DNA from: Octopus bimaculoides
Lineage: Eukaryota
Direction: 5' to 3'
NCBI RefSeq assembly: GCF_001194135.2
Contig: NC_068999.1
Location: forward strand, 32,722,223-32,764,881
Length of the DNA stretch: 42,659 bases
The translations under genes were made by a program, and so were the position numbers. The notes beneath the pieces were generated by a model that did not search any database, was not told the DNA's origin, and was given only the letters and a program-made list of their open reading frames with translations. Shown in pieces: positions 22,287 to 33,909 of the stretch (positions are counted from its first letter, which is position 1; each line of letters starts with the position of its first letter).

Positions 22287-23203
22287 TTGGGTCATCCCAT
22301 AAATAAATTTCAATTGTATGAACTAAAAGTTGGAGGAGGACAGGATAAACTACCTGCATCAACTTGTTATAAAAGCAGGTAGTAATTTGCTCTTGTACTT
22401 ATTCTTAGTGCAAGTTCAATTTTAGCAGTTATTTTATCAAAATCCTAATAGAAGTGACAAAGGAGCATATTAGGCATATTTTGTTTTATGAGTTCAATAA
22501 AGGTAGCAACACAATGGAAAGTGCAAGGAATATTAATGCAGTATATGGGGATTGGACAATAAGCGTAAACCAGTGCCAACAGTGGTTCCAGAAATTCCAA
22601 GTCAGAAACTACAGCCTAGAAGACGAGCCTCATCCTGGAAGATCTGTAGAGCTCAACAAGGACATCCTGCAAGCCCTGATGGAACAAAGTCCCATCGTAA
22701 CTGTTGAGGAACTAGCAGAGATGCTTGGATTTGGTCTTTCAATCATTCTTTGACTGCTGCGTGCCATTGGAAAAGTCAGCTTGAGCGGCTTAAGTCAGCG
22801 CTAGAAGAAAAACAACTATCGAAAGGTGTTCTTTCATCAGGATAATGCTCGGCCACATACAGCAAGGATGACATTCTAAAAACTGGAGCAGTTTGAATGG
22901 ATACCCCACCCACCATGTTCGCTGAACATTGCCCCATCTTATTTATTCCACAGTCTTCAAAATCATTTGGATGGAGAAAATATGAATTCTGTAGACGAGG
23001 TCAGAACAGAACTGGAGAAGATTTTTTGTCATGGACAAGTGAATTTTGGAAGAGACGGGCCTTGCAAATCTATCAGATAAATGGAAGAGCATTGTAGAAA
23101 ATGAAGGAGAGTATATTTTAGTTTAAAAAATAACTTTGTTCATCTGAATTTTGAAAAATAAAAGAAGTATATAAAGAACTGCATTATTTATGGGATGATC
23201 CTA
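22287..23203 (+). mobile_element. Mariner (Tc1/mariner) element with internal deletion and defective transposase
   Basis: TIRs TTGGGTCATCCCATAAATAA (22287-22306) and TTATTTATGGGATGATCCTA (23184-23203) with TA flanks. N-terminal KEHIRHILFYEFNKG...WFQKF..LEDEPHPGR, then FHQDNARPH and WIPHPP; the WVPHEL/first-Asp region is deleted at ~22780. Confidence 0.92.
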
Positions 23204-23221
23204 TACATTGATTTCAAATTT

Positions 23222-23423
23222 TGGAACAAGGCCAGGAATTTAGTGGGAGGGGTTGTCAGTTGCATCATCCCCAGTGCTCAACTGGTACTTATGTTTATCA
23301 ATCTCAAAAGAATGAAAAGCAAAGTTCACCTTGGTGAAATTTGAACTCAGAACATAAAGGCCATCAAAATGCCTTTAAGCATTTTTCCTGGTGTGCTAAT
23401 GATTCTGCCAGCTCACTGCCTTA
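23222..23423 (-). mobile_element. SINE family B
   Basis: Homologous to 2380-2588 and 14680-14882. Confidence 0.87.
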
Positions 23424-23477
23424 TTAGAGAAAGATATATTGAATGTTACTGTTTTAATTTCTATCATTGAAGGCAGA

Positions 23478-23576
23478 CAGGAAAGCAAAATGATAAAATG
23501 ATAAAATGATTTTGTGTGTGTGTTAAAATCCTGAAATTACTGCTGTCAACAGTTTTGTTGTTACTTAATAACAGAA
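23478..23576 (-). repeat. Right arm of the ~100-bp inverted repeat
   Basis: Reverse complement of 21974-22070 with small indels. Confidence 0.85.
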
Positions 23577-25399
23577 GGCTTTTACTGTGTTTTCAGAATC
23601 ATTTTGTTACATTGATAAAAATAACCAAATATTTATGTATTTTAAAAATTCCCATCTGTTGATGATAATTTTATCCTAAAAATAACAGCACATGTTGCAG
23701 AGAAGATTAGCCTCTGGCAAACTGATTCTGTGACAGTCATTTATTCTTGGATGAGACCATTTCACTTCCTTTACACTGTAAATATTCTTGAGAACAGTAT
23801 GTCTGTCTGTCTTTCTCTCTCTCACTCTCTCTCTCTCACTCTCTCTCTCTCACTCTCTCTCTCTCTCTCTCACTCACTCACTCTCACACGCACACTCATA
23901 CACACACACACACTCACACATACACACATTTCTTGTGTCTATAAACTAATGTCCTTTACTTGAAATAAGAGGGGAAAACAAAATATTGTCCACAGTTCTA
24001 GTCCATAATTTAATGAGGGTTACCCAATTCTCTCTCTCCTCCTTTCTCTCTCCCTTCTCTCTCCTTCCTTCACATTACTGTATAGTTTTCTCTCTTTTTT
24101 TCTCATTTAGACATACCTGAAAAGTTAATATTGGAATGATTCCATTTTGTTTGTTTTTTTTAACTCCTTTAGTCTTTTGTGATCTTTTTTGTTTGCTTTA
24201 TAAATTTTTAGTATGGCAATTCTTTCATTTAATTAAAAATTAATATAAATAAAACTGAAGAGGGAGAAATAAAATGATTTAATTTTTGAGGTAACAAAAC
24301 TTAGTTTTATTTTGTCCTCCTCCTCCTCCTCCTCCTCCTCCTCTTCTTCTTCTTCCTCCTTCTCCAGTGCCACCAAATCCAGTTCTCCTACAAATAGAAT
24401 AAATACATAAAATGGAATATAATAAATAGAAAGTCAATCTGTTTGGCATGTGAAGCTATGGCCTATCATCATATTTCTGTCGAATGCTTCACGGTCATTA
24501 GCTAGTATTCATTTAAATAACTTTTAACGAAGCATACCTCATTAGTCAAGAAAAAATAATGATAATAAACACAACTGTACAGTATTGTTAAAGTAAAGCT
24601 TAATTAGATCTTTATGTCCATCACTTCTTATATATAATATTGATTAACTTGTTTTCCAAAAATTTACCTTTTACTTCTATTTATTATTTATTTTTCATTT
24701 TATTTTTTCCTTATTTAATTGTAATATTTAGGAATTTTCGATAATTACATTTCCCATACTGTTTCATGTCTTCTGCCAACATATGAACTGGTAATCTCGT
24801 GATTAACAAATGTTATTCATGGCATAGAAAAACAGCCATAAAAAGAAATTTGCTTAATTAAATGATTTTTACACTCACATGTTCCAGTTTCATGCTTAGT
24901 GGAAGTAGGAGGAGGAAGAGGAGTTGGAAGCGGAGGAGGAGACGTATGCCTGGAGATTCAACCTATACATGTTAACACAACATAGGGAGGAGAAATATTT
25001 CAGTGTATCACAAACCTAATTTCAGTTGGTCATCACATCAAAGACCTAGCTTCAATTGGTCAGTATAGTATAGGCAGGAGTACCTTCCACTGGTCAGAAG
25101 TGGTGATATCTGATTGGAGTAAAACTGTGCAAAAATCAAAATCAGTCTGGAAGTTCAACTTTCAATCTTGACCTCAGCAATCTTGCTGAGTTTGCTACAA
25201 GTGGTACCACTCTTCTTTGGATTAAATTTAAAGTTTGCTTTGCAACTACATGGTTTCAGGTTCAGTTCCACTGTGTGGCACCTTGGGCAGGTGTCTTCTG
25301 AGTTGATTTGGTAGACAGAAACTGTGTAGAAGCCCATCATAATATATATGTGTGTGTGTATGTGTATATATGTTATGTATGTGTGTATATATGTATGTA

Positions 25400-25430
<31 letters not shown>

Positions 25431-25480
25431 ATATATNNNNNNNNNNNNNNNNNNNNNNNNNNNNNNNNNNNNNNNNNNNN

Positions 25481-26626
25481 TTTTTAATCCCATCAATGTA
25501 AGACTCTTTTGGTTTCAAAGTGAAGAACTCTGAAATGTCAGTTTCGACCTCCTCCTGGCTTGCAAAAGTTATGTCCCCCAAATGATGCTGTAAACTATGA
25601 AACAAATGGTAGTCTGAAGGAGCAAAGCCGGGCGAATAAGGTGGATGAGGAATTTTTTCCCAACTAAGCTCTTCAATCTTCTGTGATGTGATCTTTGCAG
25701 TGTGGGGTTGTGCATTGTCCTGATGAAACATCACTCCTTTTTGATTCACTAAAGCAGGTCTTTTTTTCTTCAAAGCTTGGTTCAAACACTCTAATTGCTG
25801 ACAGTAGACTTGAGCATTGATTGTTGCATTAGGTGGTAACAATTCAAAGTGAATTACTCCTTTGCAATCCTACGAGATAAAGACAAAATCCTTTTTCTCA
25901 TGAAGTTCCCTTCTCAGTTGTGGTTGAGCATTTTTCCTTTTGCCAAGTCATTGTTTACCACATTTAACATTTTGATAGAAGATCCATTTTTCATCACCAA
26001 TCACAAGTCTATCCAAAAGGGGTGCAATGAGTTTGCAAGAATGGAGAGAAGAGCAGATGTCGACTTGGGATTTGTGGTTGCTTTCGGACAATTCATGAGA
26101 CACCCATTTTCCAAGTTTAGGAACCTTTCCATGTTGTTGGAGATGACAATGAACAGTTGTATGGTTTGAACTAAGCTTTATTGCCAGTTCTTCAACTGAT
26201 AATGCAGGATTTTCTTCAAGTAATGCCTCAAGGAGCTTATCATCAAACTCAATTGGATGTCCTGTTCGATCTTCAAGGCTGAAATCTCCACTTCTGAATT
26301 TTGCAAACCATCTTCTGCAGGTTCTTTCATTCAAGCATTCTTTCCCATAAACTGAGTGATGTTTCGAGTTGCTTCACCTGCAGAGTTTCCTTTTTTGTAC
26401 TCATAAAGCATTATGTGCCTGAAATGCTCTTTGGATACTTCCATGTTAGAAAGGGTTTTAATCAAAGAATGTTTAATTCCATTATTCTGTAAAATAATAT
26501 TTAATTAGTTTAAATGTACACAAATGCATGAAAATAATTTTTAATTCCATTAGACATTCTAAAATACTATTAAATTTTATTCAATTATAAAAAAGGTAAA
26601 ATTGGACAGAACTTATGGGACGACCT

Positions 26627-26629
<3 letters not shown>
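25481..26629 (-). mobile_element. Mariner element, near-complete D,D34D transposase pseudogene; 3' end lost in the gap
   Basis: ATG at 26444 (MEVSKEHFRHIMLYEYKKGNSA), 1-nt frameshift, then WFAKFRSGDFSLED, KWVSHEL, VIGDEKW, FHQDNAQPH and HPPYSPGFAPSDY (34 residues between the second and third Asp). Two in-frame stops. TIR-like CTCAGGTCGTCCCATAAGTTCTGTCC abuts (TA)n. Confidence 0.95.
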
Positions 26630-26670
<41 letters not shown>

Positions 26671-27181
26671 NNNNNNNNNNNNNNNNNNNNNNNNNNNNNN
26701 NNNNNNNNNNNNNNNNNNNNNNNNNNNNNNNNNNNNNNNNNNNNNNNNNNNNNNNNNNNNNNNNNNNNNNNNNNNNNNNNNNNNNNNNNNNNNNNNNNNN
26801 NNNNNNNNNNNNNNNNNNNNNNNNNNNNNNNNNNNNNNNNNNNNNTATATATATGTACACACACACATATAAGCAAAAACATTCAAGTATTTACACTCAA
26901 ATTGAGATGTTACTATTGTTAATACCATCTGTGGTGGATGTTTTTAATTGGTAATATTAACAGCAGTAACATGGGCTGTTCAACTGGTCTAATAGCATTA
27001 TATAGCTATAAAATTTAAAGTTAGCACAAGGCATGAGGATGTGGGAAATGCATCAACCTGTTTAGAAATAGGAGCTAAATTCCTAATTCAACTACAAGAA
27101 GGCACCAGATAACAGAAAAACAACAGTAGGCGAGGAAACGGATAAAGAATTAAGACATTAAAAAGAGCATACCATTCAGAT

Positions 27182-27240
27182 ACTCATATACCATGGTTTC
27201 GGGTTCTGGCCCAAGGGCCTCAACCTTCTTCAGTATGAGT
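27182..27240 (-). ncRNA. Type I hammerhead ribozyme with palindromic stem III
   Basis: Minus strand ACTCATA CTGAAGA A GGTT GA GGCCC TT GGGCC AG AACC C GAAA CCATGG T A TATGAGT. It has a 7-bp perfect stem I, an intact core, a two-part stem II, the ACCATGGT palindrome and a GUA triplet. The only defect is A10.1-C11.1. Confidence 0.82.
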
Positions 27241-27244
27241 CACT

Positions 27245-27350
27245 GTTGCCATCCGGTTTCACCAGTCCTCAGTCAAATCGTCCAACCCATGCTAGCATGG
27301 AAAGCGGACGTTAAACGATGATGATGATGATGATGATGATATATATATAT
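27245..27350 (+). mobile_element. Short, well-preserved RTE-type 3' end with (GAT)n tail
   Basis: CAGTCAAATCGTCCAACCCATGCTAGCATGGAAAGCGGACGTTAAAC(GAT)n; homologous to the 14.3 kb copy. Confidence 0.78.
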
Positions 27351-27399
27351 ATATATATGAATGAATACATACATATACATGTATATACATATGCATATA

Positions 27400-27572
27400 T
27401 GGGCACAGGACATCACAGAATGTAATGTGCCCATAAAATACGAAAACATGGAATACAAACTTTTTTTGCAAACAACAAAAGAAACAAATGGAAAGCAAGA
27501 CAGGCAATATAAAAAAATGACCCTTCATCAGTTGCTGGCTGTTTTTCTACTCCGTATTTCGAGCAATTCATA
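27400..27572 (-). mobile_element. PLE-like terminal-repeat fragment with an isolated CTGATGA core
   Basis: Minus strand GCTCGAAATACGGAGTAGAAAAACAGCCAGCAACTGATGAAGGG; similar to 711-732. Confidence 0.4.
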
Positions 27573-27994
27573 TATTTGTTCAACTAAAATCCTTCAAGTG
27601 GTGCCTCAGCATGGCCACAATCCCATGACTGAAACTAGTATAAAATACATTATTTGTCCCTAATAATGTGATGAGACAAATTATAGATAGTCTTTGCTAT
27701 GTCGAAACTATCTGTCAAGTGATCTTGACAGCGGTCAGAAAATACTGGAGATATGTGATAACGCTGTTCCCATGATAGACTTGGAGATTTGTGCATGTTT
27801 TCACTCATGATAGTAGCAGTTAACAGCCTATTCAAACTCTTCACACACAGTGTTGTCTTATCAGATGTTGTGATATCATTAGCAAATACTTGTAGGTGGT
27901 TTAGATTATATCTGAAGAACTGTTACACATCTACTGGATTTAATCGCAGTCACCTTTATTGTCATTATTATCATCATCATCATTAGTTGGTTTC

Positions 27995-28160
27995 GTTTAA
28001 CCCTTGGTTGACCTTGGCCAGACAGGCTTATGATTAAATATATTTCTGCTAGTTTTTATATATCATGGACTACATTGTCCAATGTGTTATTCCCTTTATA
28101 AGACAGGAAGTGTATGTGATTTATGATGGCTTACACTGCTATTTCTAGCAGGTTGAACAT
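27995..28160 (-). mobile_element. Family C copy
   Basis: GTTTAACCCTTGGTTGACC end, GGACTACATTGTCCAATGTG body and CTGCTATTTCTAGCAGG head. Confidence 0.65.
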
Positions 28161-29100
28161 TTTATCTTTTCCTTCATATGTTATTGACTTTTTTTGTGGC
28201 ATCCCTTTCCTCAACAAAACAGTAGCATGAATGACTGATGGTACTAATGTCTCTGGGAATGCCATTAATGTCACAGCACACCATACCATCTTCTAATCAT
28301 TATCATCATCAGTGTATCTGTGTGACTGTCAGATGTCAGTTAAGTATGTCTGGAAAACAAAACAAAAGTACACAAACCAACGTTTCTCTCCTCCTCCTGT
28401 TCTTTGAAGGATGGAGATGAAATAATAAGCTTTTTCTCTGCCATATATGTTCTCCATTTAACTTGAAAAGCTGTGGGTCAGCAATGAAAGGAGTTGAGGT
28501 TGAAAGTTTGAGAAAGGTCAGCATTTCAGGTCATTTCAATGTTTATACAACATAGGACTGTCTTCTTTTAAAAGACTGGTAAACCAATTCCAATGTGAAA
28601 GTATTGGTAGGGTTGTTTTGGCAGAATTCCATCTGAATGAGGTGAATGATGAGAAGATAACAATAAAAACAACAACAACAACAACCGCAGCAACAACTAG
28701 TCATTGTCTGTTGAGCTGAGTGAGATGAATGATAACTATAACAACAACAGCAATAACAATAACAAGATGTTGTCTGAGAGGTTTCAAGTTTTTCAAATGA
28801 GATCTTGTGGAACATTTTTATTGCTTATCTCTTTTACTGTTGAGGATATTGTTTCACATACAAACATATCAAACTAATCTTCATTACTTACCTACATCTC
28901 TCTCTCCCTCTCTCTCCCTCCCTTTTCTCTCTCCTTTTACTCTCTCACTCGCTCTCTCTCTCTCACTCTCTCTCTTTGTTTTCCACCTCCATCATCATGG
29001 ATGTTGGCATTAAACAAAAATATTTCTTCAGTCCTGTCTCTGTTATACTCAATAGATGAGACACAAATGTCACTCTGAATAAGCTGCTAGTCTATTGCAG

Positions 29101-29133
29101 ATGAACTTTCCCATGAAATTCTTTACAAGACAA
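29101..29133 (+). other. Candidate 33-nt microexon (D-ELSHEILYKT or MNFPMKFFTRQ)
   Basis: Acceptor TCTATTGCAG, donor CAA|GTGAGT, length divisible by 3, two open frames. No independent support. Confidence 0.25.
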
Positions 29134-29239
29134 GTGAGTGGTGGAAAAGCAAATAGTGTGTGTGAGTTCATTTCTTGGTATTTATTTAACAAATACTATA
29201 AGTAATAGAGTGGGTCTAAAGCACAATAAGCCCGTGTAT

Positions 29240-29527
29240 CACTGACTACAATATGCGACACTGGTTCTATCTATACTAACTACAAGTGGGACTGGTTCTG
29301 TCTACACTGATCACAAAACCATGTGGCACTTGTTCTGTCTATGCTGGCCACAACACTATGTGATACTTGTTCTATGTATGCTGATTACATGTGGAACTGG
29401 TTCTGTCTACACTGACCACACAACCATGTGGCACTGATTCTATCTACACTGGCCACAGCACCATGTGGCATTGGTTCTGTCTACATTAACCTCACTATGT
29501 GGCACTGGCTCTGTCTATACTGACCAC
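29240..29527. repeat. 31/37-bp minisatellite with a 105-bp higher-order period
   Basis: Units start at 29260, 29291, 29328, 29365, 29396, 29433, 29470 and 29504 (lengths 31, 37, 37, 31, 37, 37, 34). Confidence 0.9.
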
Positions 29528-30004
29528 TTGACCAATTCTGCAATCTGATAAATCCAAGATGTTATGATCCCATACAGGAATAGGATTTGACCAATGGGTC
29601 AGATATAAATGTTTCATTGGTTATTTGAGTATATTTTGAGGTCTGCTTATGCTGGACTGGTCAGTGCTGCAGGCCAGAGAGTGGCAAGGATAACTACTTA
29701 ACAATAGCAACATGAGAAAGAACAATTTCATTATAATCACTCCTCTTGGATTTTTCTAATTTTACTCAGAAATAAATGTGTGTGTGGGTGTGTGTGTGTG
29801 AGAGAGAGAGGGAGAGTGGGCAAAGGTGGAGGGAGAAAGAGAGATAATGATGTTTGCTGATGTGTCACCTTAGGGTAGCTTTTATCTCATCTATTTCTGA
29901 GTGATGAACAGGAAAATGTGATAAACTTCCACAATTATTAGTATTGTGTCTATGATGATGACGATGATAATGGTGGTGTTGGTGAGAACATTGCTGTTGC
30001 TGCT

Positions 30005-30061
<57 letters not shown>

Positions 30062-32583
30062 TTGTAATAGTGGTGGTGGTGGTGATTTACTTTTCTTTCT
30101 GTTCTCTCTTTGTCACTTCCAATTAAATGAAAATATACTCCCTGACAGTGGTGGTGGTGGTGGTAGTATTCATGGTGATATTGTATGGAGGTGGTAGTGG
30201 TGGTGTACATGGGAAGATGGTGGTGGTTGTAGAGGTTAATAAAGGAAAATGTGTTGTTTAGCAATCACTATTATGACATAGCTACACATGTGTATATTAC
30301 ATACTCATATATATGTATATACTCACATATGCATCTACATACATATATAATAATGTGCAGCATATATAATACATGTTCACACTAATACATACATAACTGT
30401 TATATTACATACATATGCATACAGTTTAGCACACACATATATTCACATGTATAAATACACATGCTCTCACACACACACACGCACACACACACAGTTCCTA
30501 CCTTAAAACAAGGCTGTTTAAACGGTGATAATCTGTCTTTAATCTATTTTATAGAGGTGAGGGTGTGATGCTTTTGTTTGTTTAACGTAAATATTTCATA
30601 TAACTCTCTCTCTCTCTAACAGCAATGTGTAGTCTGATTACATGTTTATGCTCTCTCTCTGTCTCTTACATACACATACATGTGTGTGTGTGTGTATACA
30701 TGTTAACATTAAGGGATGAATAACAACAACTAGCGTTTTCTGATGAAAGGACTCAATACTTAGATGTAGTCAGACTTAAAGATATTTGTGTGTGTGTGTG
30801 TGCATCTCTTTCTGTCTCTCTCTCTCTCTCTTTCTCTCCCTCTCTCTCTTGTGTGTGTATACGCTGTTTGTGTGACACTAAAACATTCAATTATCGTAAT
30901 TTCCTTCAAACAACAATGTAGTTCTTAATGTGTTTATGTTTATGGTCGTGTGTGTGTGTGTGTGTCTATGTTTGTTTACAGCTGTGTCTAGGTGTATGCT
31001 TCTAGATGTGCACATTATAAATGGTTGAGTGTGTGGGTTTGTATTTTCTACATAAGCATATTTCCTTGATTTATAGCTGCTGCTGCTGCTGCTGTTAAAA
31101 TTGTTGTTGTAGTTGTTGTTACTGTTGATGTTGTAGTTGTTAAAATTGTTGACTGTTGTTGATGTCATACTTGGTGCTGTTATAACTGTGGTTGTCATTG
31201 TTGTTGGTAGAAGTAGTCTTACTACTGTTGACATAAGTATTGTTATAATTGTTGATTGTTGTTGTTGATGTTATAGCTGGTGTTGTTACACTTGTTGGTG
31301 GTGGTGTCGTTACTATTGTTGTTGTTGATGTTAAGTTGTTGTTGTTGGTGATATCGCAGTTGTTTTTCTCTTTAACTCCGAAGAAACCATATTTTCAAAA
31401 GAAATTCTTTCATTTCTCTCTCTNNNNNNNNNNNNNNNNNNNNNNNNNNNNNNNNNNNNNNNNNNNNNNNNNNNNNNNNNNNNNNNNNNNNNNNNNNNNN
31501 NNNNNNNNNNNNNNNNNNNNNNNNNNNNNNNNNNNNNNNNNNNNNNNNNNNNNNNNNNNNNNNNNNNNNNNNNNNNNNNNNNNNNNNNNNNNNNNNNNNN
31601 NNNNNNNNNNNNNNNNNNNNNNNNNNNNNNNNNNNNNNNNNNNNNNNNNNNNNNNNNNNNNNNNNNNNNNNNNNNNNNNNNNNNNNNNNNNNNNNNNNNN
31701 NNNNNNNNNNNNNNNNNNNNNNNNNNNNNNNNNNNNNNNNNNNNNNNNNNNNNNNNNNNNNNNNNNNNNNNNNNNNNNNNNNNNNNNNNNNNNNNNNNNN
31801 NNNNNNNNNNNNNNNNNNNNNNNNNNNNNNNNNNNNNNNNNNNNNNNNNNNNNNNNNNNNNNNNNNNNNNNNNNNNNNNNNNNNNNNNNNNNNNNNNNNN
31901 NNNNNNNNNNNNNNNNNNNNNNNNNNNNNNNNNNNNNNNNNNNNNNNNNNNNNNNNNNNNNNNNNNNNNNNNNNNNNNNNNTATATATATATATATATAT
32001 GTGTATGTATGTATATTGCATGTTTGTAAAAGCAAACTTAATTATAAGTTTAAAAAACTTATTAGAAAGAACAAAAAAGAAATGTACATATGTGTACACA
32101 CACACACTCACAGACACATGCATGCACACACACACTCACACATACACATATAGATAAACATATACAAATATGTGCACATGCACAGTATAAGTGGGATACT
32201 AAAGAGATGGATTGAGTAGAATAAAGAAAAAATTCTCCCCTACCACTCCTGCAACATTAAATTTTCCAAACCCCACAAAATCTTCTACTTTGTGCCAATA
32301 GCATTAAGGTGTCTGTTGACATGGAAACATTAAGGGTTTTTTCTTCTGTTCATATCGACCCTTTCATGCTTTAATTAATATTTTCAATCACTTCAACTAA
32401 GGGATTTCCTTTATTGGTTACAAGGAGCCAATCCCAAGATAATAGAAAGGGTATCAAAAGTGAAATAGATGGCAGCAAGAAGTGGTGCAGTGAAATGATT
32501 TCCCTTAAATAAAATGAGATCAGTGATAACAATAGACATATTGATAGATAACAATATAGAAAAAGAACAACATAACACACTAT

Positions 32584-32987
32584 AGGTGCAGATATGGTTG
32601 TGTGGTAAGAAGCTTGCTTCCAAATCACATGGTTCTGGGTTCAGTCCCACTGAGTTGCATTTTGGGCAGGTATTTTCTACTATAGCCTTGGGCCAGCCAA
32701 AGCCTTGTGAGTTAATTTGGTAGAGGGAAACTGAAAGAAGCCTGTCATACATATATATGTATATATCAGTGTGTGTGTACATGTCTTTGTGTTTGTCCTC
32801 ACACCATCAATTGGCAACTGACGTTGCTATGTTTATGTCCCTGTGACTTAGTGGTTCAGCAAAAGAGCCTGATAGAATAAGCATTAGATTTAAAGAAATT
32901 AAGTCCTGGGGTTGATTTACTCAACTAAAACCCTTCAAGGTGATGCCCTAGTATGGCCACAGTCAAATGACTGAAACAAATAAAAGA
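32584..32987 (+). mobile_element. SINE family A
   Basis: Full head-to-tail homology with 5408-5790. Confidence 0.88.
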
Positions 32988-33364
32988 TAACAAGGAAAAA
33001 TCCCTAAAATGGCGGGATGCAGACAACAAAGGATCACCATAACATATCAGACAAGTTTCTTTTCGATTTCTTTACAGTTTTATCATTATAAATATTAATT
33101 TTTGCAAGCTGGAAGAATTGTGAGTTCATGAGGCAAAAAATGTTAGCAGAATTTCTTCCATCTTCATGTTCTGAGGTCAACTTTAGCTTTCATTCTTTTG
33201 GAATCAATAAAATAAGTACCAGTAGAACACTGAGGTCAATGTAACTGACTTGGCCCCTTGCCCAATATTTTAGGCCTTGTTCCTTACAGCAGAAATGACT
33301 ATTTTATTCTTTTCTAACATTATTTTTAATCATTATCATTATTTTATTATTCATCATCATCATC

Positions 33365-33560
33365 ATCATATGTCCACATTTCCATACTTGCATGGTTCAA
33401 ATAGAATTTGATGAGGCAGATTTTCTACAGTTGGACGCCCTTTCTGTCACCAACCCTCACCTTGTTTTCAAGCAAGGTGATATTTCCCCATAGCTAGACT
33501 TGCTTCATGGGGAATGGAAAACAAACAGCACTAATTGTCTTGTGATGCTTGTATACAACT
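33365..33560 (-). mobile_element. RTE-type 3' tail repeat
   Basis: Reverse complement of the 9925-10095 type (GGCAGATTTTCTACAGTTGGACGCCCTTTCTGTCACCAACC). Confidence 0.7.
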
Positions 33561-33909
33561 ATCACATGTTGTCAAGACAGGGGAATACACACACACAGGT
33601 TTCCTTCAGTTTTTGTCTACCAAATCTACTCACGAAACTTTGGTCAACCCAGGATTATATGATAAAGACATTTGCCTGAAGTGCCATGCAGTGGGACTGA
33701 ACATAAAAATTTATGTGATTGGGAAGCAAAATTTTGTAACCACATAGAGAAGCCTGTACTTTTATTGTTGTTGAGCAAGTTGGACAAAATGCTTGCCAGC
33801 ATTTCTTAGACTCTTTACATTCTGCATTCAAATTCTGCCAAGGTCAACTCTGCCTTTTATCCTTTGGGGGTCAATTAGCCCCAACAAAAGCCTATTGTAG
33901 AAAGGATTA

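Noticed and set aside
27250-27275. Minus-strand CTGAGGA-CTGGT-GAAA-CCGG hammerhead-like string
   Set aside because: No stem II pairing, no U16.1, and it lies within the RTE tail.
27668-27731. GTGATGA-GACA...TGTC-GAAAC-TATCT-GTC hammerhead-like string, plus an 8-bp hairpin at 27712-27731
   Set aside because: C3 is replaced by G and no stem I can be formed in type I or type III topology. At best a relic.
29240-29527. CRISPR-like array
   Set aside because: Units are wholly homologous with no unique spacers, the context is eukaryotic, and there are no cas genes.
33006-33015. YY1-like AAAATGGCGG; also the CRE palindrome GTGACGTCAC at 40275-40284
   Set aside because: Single short motifs are expected by chance in 42 kb, and there is no CpG island or gene start nearby.
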